Below the pieces are notes generated by a model. That model saw only the letters and a program-made list of their open reading frames with translations. It had not been told where the DNA came from and made no database searches. Below, in pieces: positions 31,281-42,098 of a stretch of DNA of 64,000 bases. Within the stretch, counting starts at the first letter, position 1. Every line of letters begins with the position of its first letter. The DNA is from an uncultured Desulfospira sp. (GTDB taxonomy: Bacteria > Desulfobacterota > Desulfobacteria > Desulfobacterales > Desulfobacteraceae): assembly GCA_963663165.1 (NCBI GenBank), contig OY760175.1, positions 2,624,001 to 2,688,000 on the forward strand. Reading direction: 5' to 3'. A program made the translations under genes and the position numbers.

Positions 31281-31296
31281 AGCAAGTAACGTGCCA
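31281..31296 (-). promoter_or_regulatory. Sigma-54 -24/-12 promoter
   Basis: TGGCACGTTACTTGCT matches the consensus; divergent enhancer-binding protein gene is adjacent. Confidence 0.85.
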
Positions 31297-31420
31297 TTTC
31301 ATAACAGGCTGTATTTAATAAAAGATTGTAATGTTCAATAAATTTACAGACGAAATATCATGACTACGGCAACGGAATATGGTAGAAGTTGGATAAGATA
31401 CGAAATATAGTGGAGAAAAT

Positions 31421-32953
31421 ATGATTGATGACAAAAGCTTTTTCCATCAAGGCACCATGATGATATGCGGCAGCCTGGATGAAAACCGGATGATCCGTGA
31501 TTGTGAAAAGTATTTACAGCTGTTCATGCCGGTCGAGGGGATCATGCTTTCCACTTATGAACAGGGAAGTCGATCCATTCGTATTTTTGCCCATTCCCCA
31601 GCACTTCCGGTTCCAGACGGACTCCGTTCCATTTTTCTGTCACCTGAATCACAGGCCTTTATTCATCAGGAAACAGAAAATGGGGTTATTATTCATTCCA
31701 GAAAACATTCCAATCCTGTCTCGGAAGACATTGATCGAGCGCTTGGGGTCAGAGCTTTTTCCGAAATGGTGCTGCACCTGAAGCTTGATCAGGAAAAACT
31801 TGGCGTAGTCCAACTCTTTTCCAATTCCCACAGCGAATTCACCGAAGAGCACGCCCGCCTGCTCCATCTGTTGCATGATCCATTTGCGGTAGCCCTGGCA
31901 AATGTATTACGGCATCGGGAGGTGCTTCGGCTCAAAGATCTCCTGGCTGATGATAACCGTTACCTTCTTCAGGAACTTCGCCAGATCTCAGGCAATGAAA
32001 TTGTGGGTGCCCGTTACGGTCTGCTGGAGGTGATGGAGCAGGTGCGGCAGGCCGCTCCATTGAACTGCCTTGTAATGCTTGGTGGAGAAACAGGCGTGGG
32101 CAAGGAGGTGATTGCCAATGCCATTCATTATTCCTCACCCCGAAGCGAAGGCCCTTTTATCAAGGTGAACTGTGGCGCGTTCTCGGAAAACCTGCTGGAC
32201 AGCGAACTGTTTGGTCATGAAAAAGGCGCTTTTACCGGCGCGGTAAAAAGCAAGCGGGGACGGTTTGCCCGCGCGCATCAGGGAACGCTGTTCCTTGACG
32301 AGGTCGGCGAGCTGACCCCTGCCGCGCAAGTGCGGCTGTTGCGGGTGCTCCAGGATGGCTATATTGATCCTGTGGGCAGCACAGAAAGCATCAAGGTCGA
32401 TGTTCGAATCATCGCAGCCACCCACCGCAATTTACAGCAGATGGTAAAAGAAGGATCATTCCGTGAAGATCTCTGGTTTCGGCTCAATGTTTTTCCCATA
32501 GAGATTCCACCGCTCAGAGAGAGAAAAACAGATATTCCGGCTTTTGTGCATCACTTTATCGAACGTAAATTAAAGGCTTTCAATTTGATTGAGCATCCGT
32601 CCATATCCCATAATACCATGGAAAGGCTCATCAACTATGCCTGGCCGGGAAATGTCAGGGAATTGGAGAACATCGTTGAGCGGGCCTTGATTCAGCATCA
32701 GGGAAAACAGGGGGAAAAACTTGCGTTTCCCGGACTCACAACAAATGGCAGTGTTGAATCAACCGCATCACATCCCCATAACGATACGGGAGAGTTCATC
32801 AGCCTGGATGAGGCCATGCGCCGCCATATCCAGAGCGTATTGAAAGCGACTCACGGAAAAATTCAGGGAAAGGAAGGAGCTGCTGATATTCTGGAGATTC
32901 ACCCCAATACGCTACGAAGCCGTATGAAAAAACTTGGCATGGTCACGTGTTGA
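31421..32953 (+). CDS. GAF-domain sigma-54-dependent activator (NifA/FhlA-like)
   Basis: GETGVGKE, GAFTGA, FLDEVGEL, WPGNVREL, C-terminal HTH. Confidence 0.95.
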   Translation: MIDDKSFFHQGTMMICGSLDENRMIRDCEKYLQLFMPVEGIMLSTYEQGSRSIRIFAHSPALPVPDGLRSIFLSPESQAFIHQETENGVIIHSRKHSNPVSEDIDRALGVRAFSEMVLHLKLDQEKLGVVQLFSNSHSEFTEEHARLLHLLHDPFAVALANVLRHREVLRLKDLLADDNRYLLQELRQISGNEIVGARYGLLEVMEQVRQAAPLNCLVMLGGETGVGKEVIANAIHYSSPRSEGPFIKVNCGAFSENLLDSELFGHEKGAFTGAVKSKRGRFARAHQGTLFLDEVGELTPAAQVRLLRVLQDGYIDPVGSTESIKVDVRIIAATHRNLQQMVKEGSFREDLWFRLNVFPIEIPPLRERKTDIPAFVHHFIERKLKAFNLIEHPSISHNTMERLINYAWPGNVRELENIVERALIQHQGKQGEKLAFPGLTTNGSVESTASHPHNDTGEFISLDEAMRRHIQSVLKATHGKIQGKEGAADILEIHPNTLRSRMKKLGMVTC

Positions 32954-33004
32954 GTTATCTATAAAATATAGGTACTGAAAACATGCTGATCATATTAAGC
33001 GATT

Positions 33005-33090
33005 AGGAGGTGTCACATTGGAAGAGAGAGTCAAATAAGGATATACAAAAGAAGTTTAAACAGGAAGCGGAAATATACTGCCTAAACTCC
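33005..33090 (+). pseudogene. Possible IS3-family OrfA start remnant
   Basis: AGGAGG RBS then a degenerate YTK..FKQEA; stop codon and frameshift. Confidence 0.35.
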
Positions 33091-33127
33091 CGTTCGACAG
33101 TTGTAGGTTCATTTTTTCCGAGTTTTG

Positions 33128-33376
33128 TCAGGATTTGAGCAGTGATGCCGCTTGTAATAAGGCGGTTATTTCTTCATCCGAATATATATGGGGTGACAAC
33201 CGTCGCTTGGAAGAGCCAAGCAAGCCTTTTGGTGGGATCTCCGTGTGGAGATCAAAAAGGAACCGATATTTTGCAAAGCGTCGTACCACTTCATAGCGTC
33301 TTTCCCAATAAACAGGCTCGGAGCTTTTTGTTCGTTTTGCCCACCGCATGTTGTGGCCTTGGCCGGCTGGGGCCAT
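33128..33376 (-). pseudogene. RIT-type tyrosine recombinase internal fragment
   Basis: RRYEVVRRFAKY...TEIPP..LL...PHIYSDEEITALLQAA. Confidence 0.65.
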
Positions 33377-33379
33377 ATT

Positions 33380-33669
33380 TCAGGCTCTTGATAATCTTTT
33401 TATTCTTTGTTCTATCTGGCTTGAAAAAAAGCAAGCTCCTATCCTTAATAGGTGAACCGGTTTGGCCGCAACCCATTTCTACGGCAGTACTCCCTTTGAG
33501 ATATTTTGCTCAATTTCCACTTCTTAAAATGTTCTTCCCAGAACTTACTCAGATAGGCCAGCTTGGTTTTATGCGATGGTGTTTTCATGACGCCTCCTAT
33601 TCTTTTTGAGTTGGCGTCATCATACCCCATGGGGTAATTAAAAAAAGATGGGGTTTATTCACCGCTTAC
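33380..33669 (-). mobile_element. IS66 left-end remnant with truncated tnpA
   Basis: End GTAAGCGGTGAATAAACCCCATC at 33669 (minus strand); FWEEHFKKWKLSKISQREYCRRNGL; inner boundary approximate. Confidence 0.7.
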
Positions 33670-33722
33670 GGAAATTTAGAAGATCTGATCAAGGGTCTGA
33701 GGTGAAGCCTACCCCGGATGGG

Positions 33723-34349
33723 CTACTTTTCTCCGTAACAAATCTGGGTTAACCCCACAATGCTTGTTTTTACGCGGATATGTTTAAAGCCGGCCTGTTT
33801 CATCATGGCGGACATGACCGTATCCGGATATATGTTCAGCCCGTACAGCCAGCCCATGGAGATCCGGGTTAAAAGGCTTTTGCCCGCTGTGACCATTGAA
33901 AACCGCCCCCCCGGTGCAAGTACCCGGAAAATCTCCGACAGGGCTTCATTGGGGTATTCAACAAAGAAAAACATATTGGCACTGGCACAGGCGGTGAACT
34001 GTCCGGTCTTCCAGGGCAGTGATTCAGCACTTCCCTGGAGGATCTCAAGCCGGTTTTGATCCACGGCATCCTGGTTGTTCTTTATGGACAAACAAACCAT
34101 ATCCGGGCTGTGATCCAGGGCCGCACCCTGCCCGGCCTTTTCCATGGCCATGTTTAAAAGCACCCCGCCGCCGCAGCCGATCTCACAATATCTGTCATCT
34201 GGACCCAGGCCCAAAGCGTCCATTATAACCCGGAAAGACCGGTAATGGGCTTTAGGATCATTATATTGCTTCACGGCCCAGTCACCACTGGGTTGTTTGG
34301 CGGTTTTTTCAACAAACCGCTGTCTGATCTGTTTGAGTTGTGGAATCAT
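33723..34349 (-). CDS. Class I SAM-dependent methyltransferase
   Basis: EIGCGGG, LDHSPDM, AESLPW, RVLAPGG; start at MIPQLK after GGGG RBS. Confidence 0.85.
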   Translation of the reverse strand: MIPQLKQIRQRFVEKTAKQPSGDWAVKQYNDPKAHYRSFRVIMDALGLGPDDRYCEIGCGGGVLLNMAMEKAGQGAALDHSPDMVCLSIKNNQDAVDQNRLEILQGSAESLPWKTGQFTACASANMFFFVEYPNEALSEIFRVLAPGGRFSMVTAGKSLLTRISMGWLYGLNIYPDTVMSAMMKQAGFKHIRVKTSIVGLTQICYGEK

Positions 34350-34581
34350 TTTATCCCCTTTTAAATATGGTGTGAATTTCATCCGGGCAAACATAATTTT
34401 GGCCCGAAACCCTTTTGGTTCAAACACTACCTGAAATTTAACGCATAGGCATTGTATATAAAGGACTCTTATTGGTACCTGGGGATCACGTCCCAAAGTG
34501 CGGATATTTTAACACCTGGTTTTAATGTTTGACAAAACTAATACAATGAGCTATTGCACCCAGGATTAAGGATAAACAGAT

Positions 34582-35568
34582 ATGGCTTCAGTTACACTCA
34601 ATACCTCATGGGATTTTTTAAGAATTTTTGGTCAGCTGTCCCCCAAAGGACTTAAGCACCTGTCCCTGTCGTCGGGTATTGAGTTGCTATTTGTGGACCT
34701 CTGGTCTGATGCTGTTTCGGAAAATACGTTCCATATCGATGCCGCCCCTTTGGGATTTGGCTTTCACCTTTCAGGTTACGGTACCGGTACCATGACCCGG
34801 TCAGCTGCCGGCAGGCAACAAATTGATGTAAGCCCCGGCAAAGCAGTCCTCTCATTTAACCCGGACAGCCGGTGCATGACCCGGATGAAAGAGCAGCAGT
34901 CTTTCCGGGTGCTCAACCTGTATATTGCCCCTGAAACCCTGTATACACTTCTCAAAGGGGATGTCAGCCATGTACCGCCATGTCTTGCCCGGGTCCTTGA
35001 GAACCGGGAACAGGCGCCGTTCAACCTGCCATGTGACATCACGCCGGCCACCCGTATGATCCTGGACCAGATTTACAACTGCGCCTACCAGGGTGCTTTT
35101 TACAACATCTATCTTGAGTCCAAGAGCATGGAGCTGATACTGCGCCTGCTGTGGGAAATATCCAGGTCCGGGCAAAGCTGCCGGGCTGGTCACACCCTTT
35201 CTGACCAGGACAGGACCCGGATCTGTCATGCCCGGGATATCCTGATCCGGGAAATGGACGCCCCACCCTCTCTGAAAAGCCTTGCCAGAAAAGCCGGCCT
35301 CAACGACACCAAGCTTAAGCGGGGGTTCCGCCAGATATTCGGCACCACTGTATTTGGCTATCTGCGCCAGTATCGCATGGAGCAGGCCTGCACCCTTTTA
35401 TCCGCAGGCCGGATGAATGTGGATGAAACAGCATATGCTTTAGGCTTTCACGACACGGCCCATTTTATCCGCCAGTTTAAACAGCATTACGGCACAACAC
35501 CCGGCACTTTTCTTAAACAGGCCCGGTCTTCTTCCCAGTCCGTTCAAACCAGCCATCACACAGTTTGA
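34582..35568 (+). CDS. AraC-family regulator (PchR/YbtA-like)
   Basis: LESKSMEL, PPSLKSLARKAGLN..KLKRGF..FGTTVF. Confidence 0.9.
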   Translation: MASVTLNTSWDFLRIFGQLSPKGLKHLSLSSGIELLFVDLWSDAVSENTFHIDAAPLGFGFHLSGYGTGTMTRSAAGRQQIDVSPGKAVLSFNPDSRCMTRMKEQQSFRVLNLYIAPETLYTLLKGDVSHVPPCLARVLENREQAPFNLPCDITPATRMILDQIYNCAYQGAFYNIYLESKSMELILRLLWEISRSGQSCRAGHTLSDQDRTRICHARDILIREMDAPPSLKSLARKAGLNDTKLKRGFRQIFGTTVFGYLRQYRMEQACTLLSAGRMNVDETAYALGFHDTAHFIRQFKQHYGTTPGTFLKQARSSSQSVQTSHHTV

Positions 35569-35648
35569 TAAACCAGCCCCCCTTTACTTTTTGGAAACGA
35601 GATAGCCCGTATGATATTACTGGTGGATATTCGGCTGATTCAAAATTT

Positions 35649-37127
35649 TCATGAAATATCCGGGTTATCATGACCGTTAAAAAAAGGCTGTATGCGGCTG
35701 ATCCCTTTGTCATCTAAAGCAAAATCCTGGATCAGGCGCCCCTGGTGAAGCCGGATGATGCGTGAGCATACGGACCCGATAAATTCATAGTCATGGGAGA
35801 CCACAAAAATCAGCTTATTCAGACCTGCCAGGTCGTAAAAAAGATCCCGCACCCGGATCATGCTGCCATAATCAAGCCCGGATGTGGGCTCGTCAAACAA
35901 AAGGATCTCTTTGCCGCAGGCCATGCCCGCAGCAATGGCCAGCCGCTGTTTCTGCCCCCCGGAAAGGGTATGGGGGTGGCGTTGGCCCAACCGGTCCAGT
36001 TCCAGGCGTTCCAGGGTTTTCTCAATCAGATCCGTATCCGGGTGTTTCAGCCCGAACATGCATTCATTGGTAACGCTTTCTGCAAACAACTGAAAGCCCG
36101 GGTCCTGCATGACCAGATAGGATGCGCCCAGCCGTTTTCGTTTTGAAGCAGGCAACCCTTTCCAGAAGATCTGTGCGGACTGTTTTTTATGAAGGCCTGC
36201 AAGGGTCCGGATAAAGGTGGACTTGCCGGCCCCGTTGCTGCCGATAAGCCCGATGATTTCCCCGGTCCGGGCAGTCATGCGGATATCTTTAAACAGATCT
36301 GTTTTTTTATACCGGGCGGTCATGGAATCAACAACAAGCTTTTCAGGGGCGGGCCTGCTGATTTTTGGCAAACGCCTGGGGCAGGCTTTGCCCGGGGTTC
36401 TGCTGCGAAGCCCCATGGATGAAAGCGTTGCCGCAGGGATGGCTTTAAATTGTTTAAGACTGTATTGGGCGGCAATTTTACCGTTTTCCATATAAATGAC
36501 GCGGTCGGCCAGCCCCATCAGGTAATATAGCCGGTGCTCTGCAATGATAATGGTTTTGCCCTGTTTTTTAAGAAGACCCAAATAATTTTCAAGGGTGCGG
36601 ATGCTGGCCGGATCAAGGTTGGCACAGGGTTCGTCAAGGACAAAGACCGGTGGATTAAAGGCATAGGCCGAAGCAAAGGCGATCTTTTGTTTTTCCCCCC
36701 CGGACAGTTCAAACAAACTGCGTTGCCTTAATGACCCGATGTTCAGGTCCCGGGTGGTCTGCCCAAGCCGTTGTCTGATCAATTCAGGACTGACACCTGC
36801 ATTTTCCAGGGAGAAAGCGATCTCCCCATCTGTATCCACATTAAAAAACTGGGTCCTGGGATTCTGAAAAACCGATCCCACATGGCAGGCGATCTGATAT
36901 AAAGGGGTGTTCGGAACGCACAGGCCTGCCACGGTCACACGGCCTGAAAAATCCCCTTGAAAAAAATGGGGAACAAGGCCGTTTATCAGCCGGGTAAGTG
37001 TGGTTTTACCGGAGCCGCTGGGCCCGCAGACAAGCACACATTCACCAGGCTTGATGTCAAGGCTGACATCAAAGATCCCATTGTCAATGCCATGGTATTG
37101 AAAACAGGCCTTTTGGATTTTGATCAT
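35649..37127 (-). CDS. ECF transporter duplicated ATPase
   Basis: Two Walker A motifs (GPSGSGKT, GSNGAGKS); LSGGEKQK and LSGGQKQR. Confidence 0.9.
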   Translation of the reverse strand: MIKIQKACFQYHGIDNGIFDVSLDIKPGECVLVCGPSGSGKTTLTRLINGLVPHFFQGDFSGRVTVAGLCVPNTPLYQIACHVGSVFQNPRTQFFNVDTDGEIAFSLENAGVSPELIRQRLGQTTRDLNIGSLRQRSLFELSGGEKQKIAFASAYAFNPPVFVLDEPCANLDPASIRTLENYLGLLKKQGKTIIIAEHRLYYLMGLADRVIYMENGKIAAQYSLKQFKAIPAATLSSMGLRSRTPGKACPRRLPKISRPAPEKLVVDSMTARYKKTDLFKDIRMTARTGEIIGLIGSNGAGKSTFIRTLAGLHKKQSAQIFWKGLPASKRKRLGASYLVMQDPGFQLFAESVTNECMFGLKHPDTDLIEKTLERLELDRLGQRHPHTLSGGQKQRLAIAAGMACGKEILLFDEPTSGLDYGSMIRVRDLFYDLAGLNKLIFVVSHDYEFIGSVCSRIIRLHQGRLIQDFALDDKGISRIQPFFNGHDNPDIS

Positions 37128-37861
37128 GACTCACCACCACCAATTACAAAAACCAGCACCGTCAAACCGCAGAACAGCAGGATACAAAGGGCATCAAACA
37201 GGCCAAACCCGTTTATTGAAAAACAGGTGCGCTTTGCCGGATTCTCAATTCCTCTGGCAACACTGGCTGCGGACAATTCGTCTGCAAGCCTTGAAGCGGA
37301 CAGCATCACCGGCACATACAGGCACTCTAAAGTCATGAGAGGAGATCTTAAAAAACCTGCCAGGGACAGAAAAAGCCCTCTCATGCGCATGGCATCTTTA
37401 ATGGCTGAAAAATCCTGTTTAACCCCTGGGAAATATCGCAGCATAACGGCAAAGGCAATGGCAAGTTTGCCAGGAAGTCTAAACCATGCCATGGCAAACA
37501 TAAACTCGCTCACCCGTGTGGTGAGAATCAAAACCCCGCCAAGTACCATGGTGGGCACAAGTTTTTGGACCAGCATGAAAAAAGAGGAGGAAACAATGGT
37601 GATGACCCCGTTTGTATACTCCGCCATAAGCGGCTGAACCAGAAGAATCGCCCCGTAAAAAACGGCTGTTTTAATTGAATGGGAAAAAAGTCCTGACAAA
37701 GCCGCCAGGACCAGGACCGATGCACAAAGGATTATTTCGTAATCGCGTCCCGGCGAAAAGGCGGATAAAACAACGCCCCATACCAGAATCAGAAATTTGG
37801 TTCTGCTGTCAAGTTTAAGCCCGGACCGGATATGCCCGGTGTTTAATAACGCCGTGGTCAT
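37124..37861 (-). CDS. ECF transporter T component
   Basis: LDSRTK, AMRMRG and ASVARG arginine motifs. Confidence 0.88.
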   Translation of the reverse strand: MTTALLNTGHIRSGLKLDSRTKFLILVWGVVLSAFSPGRDYEIILCASVLVLAALSGLFSHSIKTAVFYGAILLVQPLMAEYTNGVITIVSSSFFMLVQKLVPTMVLGGVLILTTRVSEFMFAMAWFRLPGKLAIAFAVMLRYFPGVKQDFSAIKDAMRMRGLFLSLAGFLRSPLMTLECLYVPVMLSASRLADELSAASVARGIENPAKRTCFSINGFGLFDALCILLFCGLTVLVFVIGGGES

Positions 37862-38463
37862 CGGGTGATGCCTGCCCGTTCAAACTGTTTTTTAAGCAGG
37901 TAACACCCGAAAAGCGAACTGACGGCCGCACAGATAAGGGTGCCCACCGCCATTCCCGGAATCATCCATGTCTGAAAACGGGCCAGCATGGCCTGCATAT
38001 AAGCCGGATCCGTTCCCTTACCCATAAGATACCGGCTGTAGGCATCCGGGTTTATCACCAGCATGATATAAGACCCCATGGGATTCAGGGAAAATAACAA
38101 AAAGGACAAAACATTTAAGGTCTTTTTCCGGTAATTGCCAAGCTTTGCCACAACATCTGCCCCAAAGGCCAGAACCGGGCAGACCAGTGCCCACAGCCAG
38201 AACATGCCCGAGATAAAAATCACCGCACCGGTCAAAGCACCCAGAAGGGTCACAGCCCCGTACCGGCCGGTCATGGAGACAAACAGCAGGTACACAGGCC
38301 CGGTAAAAAGAGCCATGCCCAGAGGCGTTAAAAAAGTCAGCACCGGATTGGGGGCGAAAAATACACCCCCAATAAACATAAAAACAATGTAAAGGGATGA
38401 AAATATGCCGGTTACCACAAGGTCTTTAAAAGAAAGTTCAAAAGTTTGCATATTCGTATTCAT
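37858..38463 (-). CDS. ECF S component, MptD-like
   Basis: KDLVVTGIF, C-terminal LLKKQFERAGI; hydrophobic. Confidence 0.8.
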   Translation of the reverse strand: MNTNMQTFELSFKDLVVTGIFSSLYIVFMFIGGVFFAPNPVLTFLTPLGMALFTGPVYLLFVSMTGRYGAVTLLGALTGAVIFISGMFWLWALVCPVLAFGADVVAKLGNYRKKTLNVLSFLLFSLNPMGSYIMLVINPDAYSRYLMGKGTDPAYMQAMLARFQTWMIPGMAVGTLICAAVSSLFGCYLLKKQFERAGITR

Positions 38464-38475
38464 CTAAACTTGCAC

Positions 38476-40512
38476 CTAAAACCGATACCTGAAGGTTAAT
38501 CCAAAGGTCCTTGGATCACCGTTTCTGCCCCACCACTGACCATTCATTTCAAAAGCCCGGGTGGCATATGCCTGATCAAACAGGTTGCTGGCCCACACAT
38601 AAACATCAAAACTGTCTGCCTCGTATCCGGCCTTTAAATCAACAATCTGATAGCTGTCCTGGGATTTTTCATTATCTGCCTCATAATAGATGGTGCCTGT
38701 GCCGTTGAGTTCGGCATTGACCATCCAATGCGCAAGGAAACGGTATGTTGCCCCCAGACCATAGGTATGGGACGGGGAGTTGGGGATATCCTTTCCTGAA
38801 TAGTTTACACCGCCCTTGGTATATTCATCAAAGGTGGCATCCACATACCCCAGGCTGCCGTACACCTCAAGCCCTGTAAGGGGGCGAAGGATCAGTTCTA
38901 TTTCCAGGCCTTTGCTGGTGGCGCTAGCAGCATTGTCTATGACGTAGTCAGGGTAAGACGGCTGTTCCACCTGGAGATCCTCCCAGTTAATGTAAAACAG
39001 CGCAGCATTGAGCTGGACCCGGTTATGGGCCAGTTCACTTTTAAAGCCCAGTTCATAATTCCAGGTATATTCGGAATCATAGGCCTTTCCCGGATCTGAT
39101 CCCAGGTTGAATCCCCCGCTTTTAAACCCTTTGCTCACACTGGCATAGGGCCTGAAATGATCTGTTACATGATAGGTCAGGGCAAATTTTGGCAACAGGG
39201 CATCAAAATCTTTGTCAGAGGAGCCCGCACAAGGGGTGTAGCCCACCATTGCACCGCCCTTCCACTGGTAATCAAAATCTTTTTGTTCGTATTCATACCG
39301 TAAACCGGCCGTGACCACCCATTTTTTAATGGTGTAATCAACCTGTCCGAATACAGCCGCACCAGTGCTGTCTGTATCACCGTATTGTTCGGCAGACACA
39401 TTATAGGGAATGGCATCATATACAATGCTTTGATCATCCTGTGATGAAAACAGGTACACACCGGTTGTCCATTTCCATGCCCCGGCGGACCGGGAATTTA
39501 ACCGCAGTTCCTGGGTATAAAGTTTTCTGTCCATACCGGCCTTAAGCAAAAACAAATCAGAGTCTGTGAAATCCACATCATTTCCATTGGTGGTATCACT
39601 GTTCAAGGCTGTGGTAATGGATGTCAGCCTGACATTTTCCATGTCAAAGGCAACTTTCAACGACACATTGGAAAAATCCTTATCCACATGGCCGGGATCA
39701 TTCACACTGACATCAAAATCACTGTCCTGGGTCTTGTCAAAGGTGGTGAACTCCGAATAGTTGGAATCATATTTTTGCAAATTGATTTTCAGGTCTGCGG
39801 TCAGTTTTTCACTGGGGGTGTAGCGCAAAGAGATTCTGCCGTCATAGTTTTTCTTTTCATCCACTTCATCGTCATTGTCCACGGTATTGGTAAAATAACC
39901 GTCAGACCCCATATATCTTCCGGCCAGGCGAAGAAAAAGCTTGTCTTTGACCAGGGCGCCACCGCCAAAAAGCTCGGTTTCAAGGGTGTTATAATTGTCG
40001 TAGGACAAAGAAAGCCCACCGCTCCAAAGATTTTCAGGGGTTCTGGTGATAATATTGATGACACCGGCTTCGGTATTTTTCCCATACAAGGTGCCCTGGG
40101 GACCCCGCAGAACTTCAATGCGCTCTACATCCATGAGGTTGATGTCTGCGGAAGGATAAAATACGTCATCCACAAAAAATCCAAACACATCACCACCGGT
40201 CATGAACGAAGAAATACCCCGGACCGATGCAATATTCTGGGACAGTCCCACAGGCCCCATTTTGGTCATGTGCATGTTGGGCATGCGCTGGAATAATTTT
40301 TCAGTTGTATCAATGGACCGGTCCAGGATCGCAACGTCATCAATTACAGAGATGCTCATGGGGATCTCCTGGGCGTTCTCTTCTGTTTTATTGGCTGTAA
40401 CCGTGATGCTGTCTATGTCTACCGGATCTTTTGAGTCCCCTGCTGTTGCACCAACCCCAGAACTTAAAACCAGGCCGGCTGCAAGCATTACACAAAAAGC
40501 TTTACAATTCAT
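38476..40512 (-). CDS. TonB-dependent receptor (FyuA-like)
   Basis: ITVTANK TonB box, IEVLRGPQGTLYG, terminal YRF. Confidence 0.93.
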   Translation of the reverse strand: MNCKAFCVMLAAGLVLSSGVGATAGDSKDPVDIDSITVTANKTEENAQEIPMSISVIDDVAILDRSIDTTEKLFQRMPNMHMTKMGPVGLSQNIASVRGISSFMTGGDVFGFFVDDVFYPSADINLMDVERIEVLRGPQGTLYGKNTEAGVINIITRTPENLWSGGLSLSYDNYNTLETELFGGGALVKDKLFLRLAGRYMGSDGYFTNTVDNDDEVDEKKNYDGRISLRYTPSEKLTADLKINLQKYDSNYSEFTTFDKTQDSDFDVSVNDPGHVDKDFSNVSLKVAFDMENVRLTSITTALNSDTTNGNDVDFTDSDLFLLKAGMDRKLYTQELRLNSRSAGAWKWTTGVYLFSSQDDQSIVYDAIPYNVSAEQYGDTDSTGAAVFGQVDYTIKKWVVTAGLRYEYEQKDFDYQWKGGAMVGYTPCAGSSDKDFDALLPKFALTYHVTDHFRPYASVSKGFKSGGFNLGSDPGKAYDSEYTWNYELGFKSELAHNRVQLNAALFYINWEDLQVEQPSYPDYVIDNAASATSKGLEIELILRPLTGLEVYGSLGYVDATFDEYTKGGVNYSGKDIPNSPSHTYGLGATYRFLAHWMVNAELNGTGTIYYEADNEKSQDSYQIVDLKAGYEADSFDVYVWASNLFDQAYATRAFEMNGQWWGRNGDPRTFGLTFRYRF

Positions 40513-40746
40513 CTCCCATCTCCTTTTTACTTATCAGCCTATCTATATAAAATAAGCAAAAGCTAACTCAAAAACAAAAAAAGGGCGGACATCCCGTGCA
40601 AACCCGCCGGTCATCTGCTGATCTTTTATAAACCTACCCATACCATGGCAGGTAAAACACAGCCTTGTATCTAAGGGTTTGGTTATGGTACCAACGGGGC
40701 AGTCATGGAAATTTCATCTGACCCAACTTGGGCCTTGGACCCATAT

Positions 40747-41136
40747 TTAAACTCTGGAATTTTGACCTGTGGAAAGGCCACGGGTTTTGATATGAAAACG
40801 AAGCATCATGAGCAATGCTGAGGCGGTCAGACTGATAAGCAGGCCGTACCAGATGCCATTGAAATACCCATGGCACCCATAAAGGAAGCGGCCTGCCAGG
40901 TTGCTGCAGCCCTATAGGCTTACATCTGTCCCCAGAGCTTCAGCAGGAAGGTCTCCCTGTCCCACTGTCTGGGTCGCTACCAGGATGAAACGAAATCCTG
41001 TGATAAGCAGAATGTAACCGGAGGGCAGCGGGGTGGCAACAATCTGAATCCCGCTGAGAATGCCGATGCATTTGGTGTCGAAGCCAATACCGGAACCGTC
41101 CGGGAATTTTTTTTGTCGGCTGTTTTATTTAACCAT
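40747..41136 (-). pseudogene. MATE efflux transporter remnant
   Basis: Frameshifted pieces AATWQAASFMGAMG and GIWYGLLISLTASALLMMLRF resemble NorM-type segments; upstream limit uncertain. Confidence 0.5.
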
Positions 41137-41197
41137 GCCTTCAATCTCTTGATGTTTTTTATTCTTTAGGAGGCAAAAAGCAAGCTCGGATCTGTCG

Positions 41198-42085
41198 TCA
41201 TCTGTTTTCACGGTGTTCTGTCAGGGTGTATTCATAGGCGCCGTTTTCATCCTCGCCTTGTTCCCTGACGATGAAGGGACCCAGACTATCCAGGGAAATC
41301 CAATAGGTTGACCGGCTCTCTTTTGTTTTGACATCAAAAAGCCGGCAGAAAAACGGTGTGTTTGCCAGGGAAATCTGTTCGCTTTCTTTGGCGGTTACGG
41401 CTGCAGTGATGATTTTCAGTTCAGAGGTATCCAGAATCCTAAGGGTAACCGTTTTTTGGGGCAGCATTTTAAACAGACGGCCGGGTAATGTGGTAAACGT
41501 GGTATCAAACCGGTCCATGGGAACGGATATATCCCCTTGCTCATTATCGCTGCCTGAAAGCAGATCAATGACCAGGAATGCTTTATCTGCATAGGGAACT
41601 GTTTGAGCCGCAACAAATGCGGCAAGATCCACAACTTCTTTTTCATCCAGCTCTTTTTTTGTCATGACCCTGCGGGCGCTGCACCACAGGGCCTGGTCGA
41701 ACTGCTTGCCGAACAAATGCCATTTTTCTTTGTTTTCTATGATTTTATGGTCAAAGCTGACCATCCCTGCATGATTTCTCTCAACCACGCTTTTTTCTTC
41801 AATGGTCCAGGTTCCCCAGAATCCTTTCACTTTTACACTTGTGACGGTTTCAATCTGTAACAGATCCACCTCAGACTTTTTTGACGGTGACCGGGTCATG
41901 ACAACTTCGCCGATCTTTTCATCTTTAAGTTTCAGGTTGTATTTGCAGGTGATACTTTGCAGTTGCCCGGCAGCGGCCAAAGATGAGCCCAAAGTGCAGA
42001 ACGCAGCTGCTGAAAAAAGTACAAGGGCATAAAAAAACATCTCTTTTTTCCGGTTAAATGATCCGGCATATATTGGCGTATTCAT
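41198..42085 (-). CDS. Hypothetical exported protein
   Basis: 295 aa; signal-peptide-like N-terminus; 13 bp from the RND gene. Confidence 0.65.
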   Translation of the reverse strand: MNTPIYAGSFNRKKEMFFYALVLFSAAAFCTLGSSLAAAGQLQSITCKYNLKLKDEKIGEVVMTRSPSKKSEVDLLQIETVTSVKVKGFWGTWTIEEKSVVERNHAGMVSFDHKIIENKEKWHLFGKQFDQALWCSARRVMTKKELDEKEVVDLAAFVAAQTVPYADKAFLVIDLLSGSDNEQGDISVPMDRFDTTFTTLPGRLFKMLPQKTVTLRILDTSELKIITAAVTAKESEQISLANTPFFCRLFDVKTKESRSTYWISLDSLGPFIVREQGEDENGAYEYTLTEHRENR

Positions 42086-42098
42086 GGTCTTTCTTGTC

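Noticed and set aside
31190..31297. N-terminal extension of ORF 30902..31297
   Set aside because: Overlaps the sigma-54 promoter; the RBS supports a start at 31189
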